Virus record (IMG/VR): IMGVR_UViG_3300035390_000014
Coordinates: 135,888-199,887 of that record
Reading direction: 5' to 3' (one strand)
DNA: 64,000 nt
Source: a virus
Below are positions 26,511 to 37,662 of this stretch, one piece after another. Made by a program: the position numbers and the translations under genes. Within the stretch, counting starts at the first letter, position 1. Each line of letters starts with the position of its first letter. Under the pieces are notes generated by a model that ran no database searches, was not told the DNA's origin, and saw only the letters and a program-made list of their open reading frames with translations.

Positions 26511-26817
26511 TAAATGCGATGGCAAAACATTTATTCAATATACTGAAAAACGAGGTAATGGTTTCTATCCAATGAAAATGGTTTGTCCTAAATGTAAAGG
26601 TCATGGTAAATTAGATTGGGTAGAAAATATAACTGGAACTAAAAAAGAAGAAAAAGATCCATACCCAAGTCTTGCAAATCATTTCATGACCTGGGGTTGG
26701 AGTGAACCAGAACCAACTAAAAAAACATACCAAGATATTAAATGGGATATAAATCCAAGGTTTAAAAAGCAATTAGAAAGACGTATGATAAAAGATTTAA
26801 ACAAATCACGGAGGTGA
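26473..26817 (+). CDS. CxxCxGxG zinc-finger protein, paralogue B
   Basis: CDKCDG, CPKCKGHG and KLDWVENITG. Confidence 0.65.
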   Translation: MELKLEAGEIICDKCDGKTFIQYTEKRGNGFYPMKMVCPKCKGHGKLDWVENITGTKKEEKDPYPSLANHFMTWGWSEPEPTKKTYQDIKWDINPRFKKQLERRMIKDLNKSRR

Positions 26818-26820
26818 TGT

Positions 26821-28392
26821 TTGATAACAGAAACATTTCTAAATTCATGTTATAGTGTTGTTATAAACAAGACTATAAAAATTAAAAAAAATAAAGCATT
26901 ATATAGAGATATCCTTTTAGTTTTAAATTTCCATGAATCTAAAGAACAGCTTGAAATTCCTATGGGAGTAAAAACTAAATTTGATTGTTTAAAGAAAATA
27001 TGTCAAATGAAGTTGGATGACAAGTCAACTCAAAATTCTATTGATAGTTTGATGTATAGTAAAAAATATCAAGGACTGGGAGATTTTTTAGAATTTAAAA
27101 GAACTGAAGTAATAAATGATACTAGTGCTGTTGACATAGTTAAACAAATTAGACTTAAAAAGACTTATAATTCTCTATTTGATAATTATGATAATTTAAG
27201 TACATTTGTTAATCAATTTAGAGATGGTTCATTTGATAGTTTAGATGATTTAGCTTTGGATTATGAAAATATCATTCAACAAATGTATCTAAATATGATG
27301 AATGAAAAAAGAGGAGTTTCAATTGAGTCCTCAGCTTCATTAGATTTAGCAGCAGATGATTATACACATGTATTGGATTTAATTGTTAAAAAATATGAAA
27401 GAAAAAATACAACTCCAACTGGTTATGCAATTCTTGATAATGAAGTTTTAAATGGAGGTGGTGAACCGTCTCGTATCTACATAATTGCTGGAGCACCTGG
27501 ATCAGGTAAATCAACTTTCTTAAATAATATAATTGTTAATGCGGCAACTCAAAGTGTTGATTTATTTGAAGAGAAGAGAGATCCAGTCGAAGCAAAGGTA
27601 GAAGGTATTGAAAATGTTTATATTTATATAACCCTTGAAAATACTATTGAGGAATCTCTATTAAGAACATATCAACCATTATTTAAAAAAGATAAAAATG
27701 ATGTATTAAGAGATATATCAAATGGAGTTGATATAAAGAAAAAAATAAATGATAAGTTGAAAGCTTGTAAATCAACTATCATAATGAAGTATTTCCCTGC
27801 TATGAGCGTATCATCGTTAGATTTAATGGCTGTTGTTGATGATGCCATTGCTGAATATGGTAAAGGCACCATAAAGGGTTTATACGTTGATTATTTGGAT
27901 TTAATGAAATGTGATACTAAATATGATATGTATAGACTTGAGCTTGGTCATATCACATTATCAATGAAAACATTAGCAGTTGAATATAATATACCTGTGT
28001 GGCTTCCTACTCAATTGGGTAGAGGTGCATATAGAGTTCAAAATGCAGGAGAGTTGAGTTTGGATCAAATTACAGAATCAGTTAAAAAGGTTGAGCATGC
28101 TGATTTTGTTTTATTGATGACAAGAGATCCAGTTAATGACAATAGAGTATATGGAAAAGTCGGTAAGAATAGAAGTGGTGTAAGTAATGTTAGTTTAGAG
28201 TTTGATGTTAATTTTGCACATTTTAGATTTAATAGTGTTAGAAAAATTAACAATCCAGCAGCTCCAGATGCAATATCAAATCAACAACAAGCAAATAATT
28301 TTGTACCTATCCCAATATCAAATAAACCATTGATTACTAAACCATCAAGTACTATTCCTAAAAGTTTTGGTGGGATGGGTGAAATTTTTTAA
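26821..28392 (+). CDS. Replicative DnaB/gp41-like helicase
   Basis: GAPGSGKST, ITLE, VDYLDLM, TQLGR and KNRSG motifs. Confidence 0.88.
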   Translation: MITETFLNSCYSVVINKTIKIKKNKALYRDILLVLNFHESKEQLEIPMGVKTKFDCLKKICQMKLDDKSTQNSIDSLMYSKKYQGLGDFLEFKRTEVINDTSAVDIVKQIRLKKTYNSLFDNYDNLSTFVNQFRDGSFDSLDDLALDYENIIQQMYLNMMNEKRGVSIESSASLDLAADDYTHVLDLIVKKYERKNTTPTGYAILDNEVLNGGGEPSRIYIIAGAPGSGKSTFLNNIIVNAATQSVDLFEEKRDPVEAKVEGIENVYIYITLENTIEESLLRTYQPLFKKDKNDVLRDISNGVDIKKKINDKLKACKSTIIMKYFPAMSVSSLDLMAVVDDAIAEYGKGTIKGLYVDYLDLMKCDTKYDMYRLELGHITLSMKTLAVEYNIPVWLPTQLGRGAYRVQNAGELSLDQITESVKKVEHADFVLLMTRDPVNDNRVYGKVGKNRSGVSNVSLEFDVNFAHFRFNSVRKINNPAAPDAISNQQQANNFVPIPISNKPLITKPSSTIPKSFGGMGEIF

Positions 28393-28493
28393 GAAACAAA
28401 CTCACTTCAAGAAGACTTCCCATATAGAACATATAATAAAGTTAATCAGTTAAAAACATTTATTTGTATTATACACTATAAGGAGGAGTTATT

Positions 28494-29426
28494 ATGAATA
28501 AGAGAGTTAATTATATGGAGCTTTTAAAAGAATCTGTTGCTGATCGTGCTCATGACACCACAAAATCAGTAGATGTAAAAGGCCCATTTTTGGATCCAAT
28601 TCTTGGTTATGACGGTGGCGGAGAGCTTACTACCTTTAAAGATGCTTCATCTATTTTAGAAAGATATTATTTCAATCAAGATGCTGACAAAGGTGTTTCT
28701 GTTACTAATGAAGATGCCACTATCCCACAAGTTGGTGATAACAAAGGTGCTTTAAAAGATGTTCCAGAAGACGTTGATAAATCTAAAGCAGATGCTAAAA
28801 AAGCAACTGAATTAAAAGAAGATGAATTGATGGAAGACGACCTTCTTGAAGATGATGTTGAAAATGCAGTTATTGAAAGATTAATTGCTGAGATGGAAGA
28901 AGATGAAGGTCTTCTTTTTGAAGATGAAGAAATGTTAGAAGGAGAGAGTGCACCTCAAGACCCAGCTGCTAAATTTCATAAAACATCTGGTTTAGATGGT
29001 GATGATGAATCTATTGTTGATGGCGACGATCATGATGGTGGAGAAGGTGCTGTTAAAAAAGCTACTTTCCCTGCTGGTTCTGACGGTGTTGGTAAAGGCA
29101 TCAAAGCCGCTATGAAAGAAGATTTAGATATATTTGACGATCTTCTTCAAATGGAAGCAGAAGATGCCGAGGCAGGTATTGTTCCTGGTGGAAAAGAAAA
29201 ACCAGAAGACGATGAAGACGATGTGGTTGATGTTGATAAAGAAATGAAAGACGTCAAAGAATCTGGTTCGCCAATTGGTAACCCAGGTACTGCTGACGAA
29301 TTTGAAAATCTTGAAGAAGCATTTGATATCTTTACAGAGGCAATGGAAGATGATGATGACGATGATGACGATGATGATGACGATGAAAAACCAGCTAAAC
29401 TTGGTGATAAAGATATAGTAGTTTAA
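28494..29426 (+). CDS. Highly acidic prohead core/scaffold-like protein
   Basis: D/E-rich with poly-Asp and many L-x-E motifs; class 1 promoter; upstream of the portal gene. Confidence 0.55.
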   Translation: MNKRVNYMELLKESVADRAHDTTKSVDVKGPFLDPILGYDGGGELTTFKDASSILERYYFNQDADKGVSVTNEDATIPQVGDNKGALKDVPEDVDKSKADAKKATELKEDELMEDDLLEDDVENAVIERLIAEMEEDEGLLFEDEEMLEGESAPQDPAAKFHKTSGLDGDDESIVDGDDHDGGEGAVKKATFPAGSDGVGKGIKAAMKEDLDIFDDLLQMEAEDAEAGIVPGGKEKPEDDEDDVVDVDKEMKDVKESGSPIGNPGTADEFENLEEAFDIFTEAMEDDDDDDDDDDDDEKPAKLGDKDIVV

Positions 29427-30103
29427 ATAATTTAATACATGTGAGTGTGTATATCATGCTCACATGTATTAAAATCCGTAAGAAAAGGAATTATTATGAA
29501 AGAGAAAATAATAAAAGTAAAAACTGTTAATAAAATGCTTCTTATAAAAGGAAAATTATCAAGAACTCCTTTAGAAGCAATTATTAAAAGCGAAACTGAG
29601 TTAAAACTCTTAAAAGCTTCAATGATACATCAATGTATTGATTTTGTGGTAGAAGATTATATTAAACCAGAACCAATTAAAAAATCAATAGAAAAACCAA
29701 TTGCTACAAAGAAAAAAATAGAAAAGAAAAAAATAGAAAACCCTACAACTATACTTGAGAAATTATCAATTGAAACTGACGAATAATTTTTAATCACAGG
29801 AAAAATAAATGAAAAAGATTATTAAAATTTTACAAACGAATGTCGAACCACTATTGATTGTGGATGAAGATGATTCAGAATTAAATGAATATATTCAAAA
29901 TCTTTCTAATCTATTATCAGTAGGACATGTAACTATATTAGAAACAAGTTCTTCAAGTCATATTGTTAGACCACAAAAAATTATTTCTATAAGTGTTACT
30001 GAAGAAGGAACAAGAAAAAGAAAATATACTAAAAAGAAAGATATAAAAGAAGAACCAAAAGAAATTTCTATTGAAACTAAAATACATGAGGATATAATAA
30101 CAG

Positions 30104-30553
30104 ATGGATAATATAAATCCTACAGCTATCATTGGTATATTATCGGCAACCTTTATATTATTTATTTTTATAAAAAATATATTTAGACAAAGCCCTGATC
30201 AATATAAAAAAAGACAATCTTATGTTGACAAACATGAACAATATATGAAAGTTCTTGATTACTATATGGAAAAAGCATTTGATATAATTTATAAAGATAG
30301 AATTTTAGTATATTCAATTTCTGGAACTAAACCCGATGAAGAAGACATAAAAAAACATTCAATTGATTTTGCAAAATTGACATTGAAATTATTAGGTACT
30401 ACTCTTGCAGAAGAGTATATTTATTTATACGGCGATGAAGATACATTTGTGTTTACTATTATAGAATATTTTAACACTAAAGCAGAGCATGACGAAATTA
30501 AACAAGCATCCATAAATAATATAATGGAAGGTTCAGATGACCAAATTATATGA
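30104..30553 (+). CDS. Hypothetical protein with an N-terminal TM helix (small neighbouring ORFs at 29496-29786, 29809-30111, 30537-30770)
   Basis: Hydrophobic N terminus; overlapping operon arrangement. Confidence 0.55.
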   Translation: MDNINPTAIIGILSATFILFIFIKNIFRQSPDQYKKRQSYVDKHEQYMKVLDYYMEKAFDIIYKDRILVYSISGTKPDEEDIKKHSIDFAKLTLKLLGTTLAEEYIYLYGDEDTFVFTIIEYFNTKAEHDEIKQASINNIMEGSDDQII

Positions 30554-30772
30554 GCAATTTTTTAATGAAGTAAAAAAACCTTCTATAACCTATGTCGATA
30601 AAAATGATAAAATCGACAGAGAAGTTGGTAGGTTATCTGTTCAAGTTTCTAGAGATAAAGAGGATGCTTTACATAAGAGAATGAAATTTCATAGAGACAA
30701 ATATAAATATTATAAAAAACAAATCATGGACAAATATAGCTCGAAAGTTAAATCTCAAGCAAGGAAATAAAT

Positions 30773-32671
30773 ATGGCTGGATTAAAAGATAATTTTGAAT
30801 TATTAAAGAGAACCATTATTGGTACTAAGACTACTAATATTGATGCCAAACTAGATCAAGCGGTTACAGATATAACTAACTTTAAATCTCAAAGTGGTAG
30901 AAATGGTTATATTGATTTAGTCAGAAATTTAATATCTAAATCTACCGGTTCATTTAATATTGATTCCTCTTCTAAAGGTATGTTTGGTCAAGGATCAACC
31001 TCACCCGCTATGTTTGGTCAACAAAAAAGAATGCAACGATATAAAACTTATGCAGGAACAATTTCAACTATTGATTATTGTTATAGAGCATTGGATGTAT
31101 TAACAGATAATATATGTTCGCCAGATGATATAACAAAAACAACATTAGAAATTAAACCTAAAAAGTTTTTAGAAGATGAAACCCCAACTGAATCTAAAAC
31201 GGTTCAAGTAAAAGGGTTAGTTCATAAATTAAAGATAGAAGAACATTTACCTTTAATAGTAAGAAATACTCTTTTGTTTGGAGATTTCTTTTGTGAAATA
31301 GCATCACCAAAAACGGCTTTAACTAGTTCATCGTATTTAGCAGAACAACAACATTTATTTGAGTCTGGTGTCATAGAAGAATTTGCTGTTCCAATTAAAG
31401 GAAAAGATGATTGGAAAATAAGAATGAATTATGAAGGCTTTGTAGAACTAGGAACTGAAGTTTTAATTGAAGCTGGTGAAACAGATAAAACTGATGGAAA
31501 AAAAGATGCATCAGATGTTGTTTTATTATTTCATGATCCATCAAGAATTGTAAAACTACAAAGTGAACTATATCCAATTTGTTTTGGGTATTTAGTATTT
31601 CCAAAAGCTAATGTAGTTCCTCATTTATCAATGCAAGATCAAGCGGTCAATGACATATGTAATTCAATATTAAAAAATCTTTCTAAAAAAGTTCCTCAAA
31701 TTGCTGAATTTAATGGTAAAGAATTAAAAGATATTGTTGCTTCAATGGTGGCAAGTGGCCAGGATCAATCTAAAGCAACTAGTATTAGATATGTTTCGCC
31801 GGATAGAATCCAACATTTCATGAGACCATCAACTAAATATGAGCCTTATGGCGAATCTATATTTGATGCTTGTCAGTTCACAGCTAAATGTTTAGTTGCA
31901 ATGGAAACAGCATTAGCAGTTCAACGTCTTGCTAAATCAACAGAAAAAAGAAAGATTGCTGTTGAAATTGGTTTACCAAGAGATGCAAGAAAAATGATTG
32001 AAAAATTAAAAGAGGAACTTAGAAAGAGGAAAGTAACTCTGGATAATTTTGGAACTGTTGATACTATACCTTCTATGATAACAACATTTGAGGATGTTTA
32101 TATTCCTCAAAAAGATGGTAAGCCATTTGTTGATATTAGTACATTCAATGAAGGTAATGTTGATATCAGAAGTAAGGTTGACGAGTTGAAATTTCTAAGA
32201 GATAGTGTTGTTGCCTCATTGGGGGTTCCACCTAGTTTTATTAACATTGAGGAAAATCTATCTAATAAAGCAGCTCTAACAGAAGAAAATATTCTTTTTG
32301 CTAGAACAATTGTTAGTCATCAAAAATATATAACACATCAAATGAATAAACTTATACAAAAAGTTTATGATATAATTAGTCCAGAAGAAGCCTTATCAAT
32401 ACTTGATAATGTTTTGATAGCTCTACCAAGTCCTAAATCTCTTCAATATGAAAGAGAAGCAAGATATTTAAGTGAGTTGGCAAATCTTATTGAAACTCTT
32501 GAAAGAGTTGGTATACCAAGAGAATACACTAAAAAGAAATATCTATCTAACATAGATTGGGAAGACTTGAAAAATTATGAGGTTGGTGAAAAAATTGAGA
32601 AAGAATTAGGAACCGAGAAAGAGGATGATCCAATGGCTGGAGGTATGGCTGGAATGGGTGGTGGTTACTAA
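30773..32671 (+). CDS. Portal protein (T4 gp20-like)
   Basis: YGESI, E.ALAV.RL, EDVYIP..DG, SLGVP.SF and FARTI motifs. Confidence 0.85.
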   Translation: MAGLKDNFELLKRTIIGTKTTNIDAKLDQAVTDITNFKSQSGRNGYIDLVRNLISKSTGSFNIDSSSKGMFGQGSTSPAMFGQQKRMQRYKTYAGTISTIDYCYRALDVLTDNICSPDDITKTTLEIKPKKFLEDETPTESKTVQVKGLVHKLKIEEHLPLIVRNTLLFGDFFCEIASPKTALTSSSYLAEQQHLFESGVIEEFAVPIKGKDDWKIRMNYEGFVELGTEVLIEAGETDKTDGKKDASDVVLLFHDPSRIVKLQSELYPICFGYLVFPKANVVPHLSMQDQAVNDICNSILKNLSKKVPQIAEFNGKELKDIVASMVASGQDQSKATSIRYVSPDRIQHFMRPSTKYEPYGESIFDACQFTAKCLVAMETALAVQRLAKSTEKRKIAVEIGLPRDARKMIEKLKEELRKRKVTLDNFGTVDTIPSMITTFEDVYIPQKDGKPFVDISTFNEGNVDIRSKVDELKFLRDSVVASLGVPPSFINIEENLSNKAALTEENILFARTIVSHQKYITHQMNKLIQKVYDIISPEEALSILDNVLIALPSPKSLQYEREARYLSELANLIETLERVGIPREYTKKKYLSNIDWEDLKNYEVGEKIEKELGTEKEDDPMAGGMAGMGGGY

Positions 32672-32722
32672 GAATTTTTTAAGAACAAATAAATAAATAA
32701 TACCTTATAGGAGGAAACTATC

Positions 32723-32908
32723 ATGCAACAAAAAGTATGTCCAATATGCGAGGCTCAGGAGATGTTTGCTAAAACAGATATTGCTCCAGCACAAGCTAAA
32801 ATTGTAGAATGGACTTGTGGTTTTTGTGGTCATAAAGAAACCGATACAATTCAAATGACTGAATTAGGTGGATATGTAACTGAGACAGAAAGATTAGATC
32901 ATATATAA
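32723..32908 (+). CDS. Small zinc-ribbon peptide 1
   Basis: CPIC...EWTCGFCGHKETDTI. Confidence 0.7.
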   Translation: MQQKVCPICEAQEMFAKTDIAPAQAKIVEWTCGFCGHKETDTIQMTELGGYVTETERLDHI

Positions 32909-32955
32909 ACCATAAAAAAATAAAATTATTTAAATTATTTACGGAGGAATATAAC

Positions 32956-33174
32956 ATGGCACTTACACCAAAAATTTGTCCAGTATGCCAAGGCGCTGCA
33001 GGAATGCCTTATATGAAAGGTGTTGTAACACAGAAATTTGATATGACTACTAAGGTTCCAGAGATTACTGAATGGACTTGTCCATATTGTGGTCATAAAG
33101 AAACCGACACAATTGAGTTCGCCCAATCAGGCGGAAATTATAACAGCGGTATTGTTCAGGGTCCAGTTGCCTAA
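32956..33174 (+). CDS. Small zinc-ribbon peptide 2
   Basis: CPVC...EWTCPYCGHKETDTI...YNSGIVQGPVA. Confidence 0.7.
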   Translation: MALTPKICPVCQGAAGMPYMKGVVTQKFDMTTKVPEITEWTCPYCGHKETDTIEFAQSGGNYNSGIVQGPVA

Positions 33175-33256
33175 TTCTAAGGTTGGGGGTTAAACTTTCC
33201 ATGATGGAAAATCATTTTTAGCTCCCTTCCTAATCATTCAGTTTGGAGGAAAGATT

Positions 33257-33541
33257 ATGTCTTTTAAACTTTGTACTTCTTGTAGTAATGAGAATTGCGG
33301 CACAGCTACGAATTATATGACTGGTACGATAACACAACCATTTGACCCTACTAATGATGATCCTCAGATTACTGATTTTGTTTGTCCGTATTGTGGATAT
33401 ACAGAAACTGAAATTCTACCTTCTCCACCTGTTATGTCTAATTTTAATAGTGGGATTGGAAGATTAATAGAACCAGTAACACTTGATGTTAGTTATTGGG
33501 GAGTTTATAATAGCGGAATAGTTCAGGGTCCATTAGCTTAG
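33257..33541 (+). CDS. Small zinc-ribbon peptide 3
   Basis: CTSC...CPYCGYTETEI...FNSGI...YNSGIVQGPLA. Confidence 0.7.
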   Translation: MSFKLCTSCSNENCGTATNYMTGTITQPFDPTNDDPQITDFVCPYCGYTETEILPSPPVMSNFNSGIGRLIEPVTLDVSYWGVYNSGIVQGPLA

Positions 33542-33549
33542 GTGGTAAT

Positions 33550-34299
33550 ATGAAAAAATATGATATTAATAAAATGTTAGAAGAATGGGGTAGTACTGGT
33601 TTATCCGGTGTTGGTCCATTTCCAGGACAAGATAATGACCCGGAGGATGTTGACAGTCTTTCCGCTGATTCTGGTTCGTCAAATTCTTCTGATTTAACCA
33701 CTCATTTTCAAGGTCCATCCGACCCAGAAAATAGACCAGGCCCTGACCAAAAGAAATTGCCTATTAAAGAAGCACCAGGTGATGTAATGTCTACATCAAG
33801 TCCAGCTCCACCAGTAAAAGAAAAACCACCTACTCAACCAAAACCGCCGCCTATGAAAACACCAGATATGCAAGCTCCTCCAGGTGGTATGGGTGCTCCT
33901 CCAGGTGGTATGGGTGGAGAACCTGGTATGGAAGATCCTTCTATGATGGGTATGGGTATGGGAATGCCTGGTCCAGCAGATTCTGGGGAAGTTGGTAGAA
34001 TATATGAACTTAAAAAAATATATTCTAGATTAGTATCAATGCAATCATATTTAGCTGGAACAACTGATGTTAATTTAATTAAACTTAGAAACTATGTTTC
34101 ACAAACAATGGATTTATTCAGAACATTGATTTCTAATATTGCTTTATATAAAGATAGATTAGATGAAATAATTATTGTTTTTTATAAAGTTGTTGATAAT
34201 GTGTATGTTATTTTATCTAAATATTATAAAGATAAAGACAGTGGTAAAATGGTTCAGGCAGTTGAAGGTAAACTTATTAATAATCCATTTGAAATATAA
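33550..34299 (+). CDS. Pro/Gly/Met-rich head-associated protein
   Basis: Low-complexity N terminus and helical C terminus; lies in the head cluster. Confidence 0.55.
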   Translation: MKKYDINKMLEEWGSTGLSGVGPFPGQDNDPEDVDSLSADSGSSNSSDLTTHFQGPSDPENRPGPDQKKLPIKEAPGDVMSTSSPAPPVKEKPPTQPKPPPMKTPDMQAPPGGMGAPPGGMGGEPGMEDPSMMGMGMGMPGPADSGEVGRIYELKKIYSRLVSMQSYLAGTTDVNLIKLRNYVSQTMDLFRTLISNIALYKDRLDEIIIVFYKVVDNVYVILSKYYKDKDSGKMVQAVEGKLINNPFEI

Positions 34300-34309
34300 A
34301 GGAAATTAT

Positions 34310-35812
34310 ATGAATACTGTCAAAATGATAAGTATTATAAATGAGAAATATAAACTAAATTCATTTTTAGGGGTAGATATTATAAAGCAGTATTTAAAAG
34401 ATAAAGCAGATATTGATATGGTATGTGTAACATATCAATTATATGTGCATAATAATATGTATCATGAATTAAGAAAAAATGAATTTGACAATGGTGAAGT
34501 AGTTTGTGAGATTGGTTACCTAGTTAATATTCTTCAAATAATAAAAAATTACGAAGATGGTGTAGAAGATTTATCTACTGGATTAATAATGTTAGATGAT
34601 GACCAATGGAAAACTGTTCATAGTGTTATTGAAAATGCAAATTCTATTGATATAAATAATATTGAAATATTTGGATTTTCATCTCTTTATATTACATTTT
34701 TATATTTATTTTTATATGCAGCTATTATAAAAAGAAGAAATCCAAATATTAAAATTGTATTTGGTGGGTATCATGTGACCCTTAGTGAAAGAATAAGAAA
34801 GTTATTATTAAAAACTAATATAGTTGATATAACAATATCTGGTGATGGTTGTAAACCAATGTTAGATATAGCTCAAGGAAAAATAACAGAAGGTGATTAT
34901 TTTGGAAAGTTTGAACAAACTCCATCATTACCGCATTATACTAAAATACGAAGAAGAATAGGACCACCAAATTTTTCTACTTTATCATCTGTGGGTTGTA
35001 AATTTAATTGTTATTTTTGTGCTAGTTCTAGAGAATTTATAGAATGTGATTTAGATTATCTAAAAAAATATATAGAAAGAGAAAATAAAATATACCGCAT
35101 TAATCATATTAGCTTTGCCGATGATTGCATCAATCCCACAATCTCGAGAGCAATAGCACTTTGTAATGTTATGAAAAATTTCCCAAGTATAACTTGGAAT
35201 GCACATTTTGTGTGTTCTCAATACAATGATAAATTATTAGAAGCATTAGTAGATAGTGGTTGCACTGAATTATTTTTAGGAACTGAAGCATTTTCTGATG
35301 ATATTTTAGATGTTATAAATAAAAATTGTAATAAGAAAAAATATTTAGAAACTATTCATAAATTATGTGATGCCGGTATAAAAGTTGTTCTTGGAATTAT
35401 ATGTGGATTACCATCAGAAACAGATGAAAAATTTCAAGAAACATTAGATGTTGTAATTAACTTAGTTAAAAACTATGAAGACTTAATTACAATAGCTCCA
35501 GTTTGTATTAAAATGTTTCCAGGTTCTGAAATGTATAAAAAACCAGACAAGTTTGGTATATCATTTACCTATTGGAGTAAAGATATTATAAATAAATATT
35601 GGAAATATAAGATAGAAGAAGAATTTCCTGAATTATTACCATTAATTGAAACTATACCTTTTTTGTTTTCTATAGAAGGAGTTTCTGGGAATGATCGTTT
35701 TGAAAGACAGGCAAGATTTTTGCCATTTAAAAAGAATTTATTAATTTATGGTAATGGTGAAAGTCTATCTCTATATAACAATGTAAATGAATTAAAACCA
35801 ATAACATTGTAA
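34310..35812 (+). CDS. B12-binding-like radical SAM enzyme
   Basis: IVFGGYH, S.GCKFNCYFC, DD, G.E and I.GLP.ET motifs. Confidence 0.8.
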   Translation: MNTVKMISIINEKYKLNSFLGVDIIKQYLKDKADIDMVCVTYQLYVHNNMYHELRKNEFDNGEVVCEIGYLVNILQIIKNYEDGVEDLSTGLIMLDDDQWKTVHSVIENANSIDINNIEIFGFSSLYITFLYLFLYAAIIKRRNPNIKIVFGGYHVTLSERIRKLLLKTNIVDITISGDGCKPMLDIAQGKITEGDYFGKFEQTPSLPHYTKIRRRIGPPNFSTLSSVGCKFNCYFCASSREFIECDLDYLKKYIERENKIYRINHISFADDCINPTISRAIALCNVMKNFPSITWNAHFVCSQYNDKLLEALVDSGCTELFLGTEAFSDDILDVINKNCNKKKYLETIHKLCDAGIKVVLGIICGLPSETDEKFQETLDVVINLVKNYEDLITIAPVCIKMFPGSEMYKKPDKFGISFTYWSKDIINKYWKYKIEEEFPELLPLIETIPFLFSIEGVSGNDRFERQARFLPFKKNLLIYGNGESLSLYNNVNELKPITL

Positions 35813-35848
35813 ATGAATTAAAACCAATTTAAATAATAGGAGTATATA

Positions 35849-36505
35849 ATGAGCTCTTTTATATTAGAAAGCGCTATATTACAGGAAGCTAAGATAGTTA
35901 AAGAAACTCCTGGTAAAGCAATATTTCGTTGTACCATTCAAACTGCGGATGATATTAATGCAAATAAAAGAATGTATCCAAGAATGGTTCTTGAAAATGG
36001 TATGCAAAACTGTGCCCCAAGAATGAGATCAAGAGCATTCTTATCTGAATTAGATCATCCGATTCCTCAAGGTGGAGCGTTTGACCAAATAAGACAAACT
36101 ACAGTTCAATTAAAAGAAGTATCTCATATTATTAGAGATTATGAATGGAAAGGTAATCACCTAGTAGCTGAGATGGAAACAACCTCAACTCCAAATGGTG
36201 GAATACTTTGTGGTCTATTAAGAGACAATTCTGGAATTGGATTTTCTATGCGTGGATTAGCAGAGTTAGAAAGACTTCAAGAATATAATATGGTTAAAGG
36301 TCCTTTAACTATTATTGCATTTGATGCAGTTTCCCAACCTTCACATAAAGCGGCCGTAGTTAACTTTAGTGAAATGCAATTTGAATCTTCAATGTTAATG
36401 GAAAGTGTTGGACAAATATGTGTAAATGGTAGATGTTTCTTACCAGACTATTTTGATAAATTAGTAGAATCTAGGATAGTTACATTTTTTGATAAATGGG
36501 TGTAG
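35849..36505 (+). CDS. Prohead core protease (T4 gp21-like)
   Basis: N.NKRMYP, ELDHP, TPNG.I, GFSMRG and FDAV..PS motifs. Confidence 0.9.
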   Translation: MSSFILESAILQEAKIVKETPGKAIFRCTIQTADDINANKRMYPRMVLENGMQNCAPRMRSRAFLSELDHPIPQGGAFDQIRQTTVQLKEVSHIIRDYEWKGNHLVAEMETTSTPNGGILCGLLRDNSGIGFSMRGLAELERLQEYNMVKGPLTIIAFDAVSQPSHKAAVVNFSEMQFESSMLMESVGQICVNGRCFLPDYFDKLVESRIVTFFDKWV

Positions 36506-36508
36506 ACA

Positions 36509-36922
36509 ATGAGTAAATTAATTGATATCTATCTTGAATCTTTAAACGAAGGTGTACTTAGCACTGCAGCAAAATATTGGGCACCTAAAGTTGGAAGAGT
36601 AGCCAAAACTACTGGTAAATTTTATGGAAAAGCAGCAATAAAACATGCTCCTGCTGCTGCTTATGCTGTTGGAAAAACTGCACAAACAGTTGCCAAACCA
36701 ATAGTAAATGCTGGAAAAAGTGCTGGTAAAGCTATTGGACATGGAGCTGTTAATGCTGTTAGATCAGCTGGAAATAGCATGGCTAATTCAATAAAAAAAC
36801 GCTGGGCTAAACATATGAAAGATAGAAAAAGTAATAAGAATATGAGAAACCTTCATAAAAATATTGCCAGAAATAAAGCTTTGGCCAAATCTAATGCTAA
36901 TAATGTAAAAAAGATAAAGTAA
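36509..36922 (+). CDS. Basic Ala/Lys-rich internal head protein candidate
   Basis: YLESLNE N terminus followed by a basic low-complexity region. Confidence 0.5.
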   Translation: MSKLIDIYLESLNEGVLSTAAKYWAPKVGRVAKTTGKFYGKAAIKHAPAAAYAVGKTAQTVAKPIVNAGKSAGKAIGHGAVNAVRSAGNSMANSIKKRWAKHMKDRKSNKNMRNLHKNIARNKALAKSNANNVKKIK

Positions 36923-37662
36923 GGAGATATATGAATATAATCGAATGTAAAGAAATGCAGAGAATTAAAAAACATGAATTGATACCAACTGTTATAGATC
37001 ACATTTTTACTATATGTAAAGAAGATAAAAATTTTACTATTCAAGAAAGAATTGGAAAAATAGATAGTAGATTAACTCAAGCAAACACTCAAATTTCAAA
37101 ACATAAAAAACTATTGAATCAATCTAATAAGATTAAAAAAGAATTATTAGAGAAGATAAAAGCGATAGACGATGAAAGTTTTAAAATTAAATATAAAGTA
37201 TTAGAAACTTTAGGAAGTGATATATGAATATTATTGAAACTAAAATCCCTGATATAAATATAGAAAATATAGATCAATCTAAAGTTAACTTAGCAGAAAA
37301 AATAATTAATAACATTAATCCTTTATTCGATGATTTGAGACAAGAAAAAATAAATGATTTTAAGTTTAAAGTAAATGAATTTAAACAAATTAAATCAACT
37401 GTATTATCTAATAAAAGTGAGATTGAAACCTTATTTGTACATTACAAAAGAAAACAAAAAGTTAAAAAATTATTGGAAAGAATTGATAAGTTAGTTTCTT
37501 TAGGTATTGTTAACGAAGGTCAAACAAAGCAAGAAACTATAATTTTATTAAAAATTATTGACAAGTTACCAACTGATAAGTTAAACTTTCATCTAAAAGA
37601 AACCATGAACACAATATCAAAACGATTTCCAACTTAATAAGTAAAAGTATCAAAATAGTATC

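Noticed and set aside
28392..28404. 13-mer AGAAACAAACTCA shared with 37692
   Set aside because: Only two copies, at different distances from the promoters, and one is part of a terminator stem; chance cannot be excluded
29349..29384. GAT/GAC trinucleotide run
   Set aside because: It simply encodes poly-Asp in the acidic scaffold-like protein
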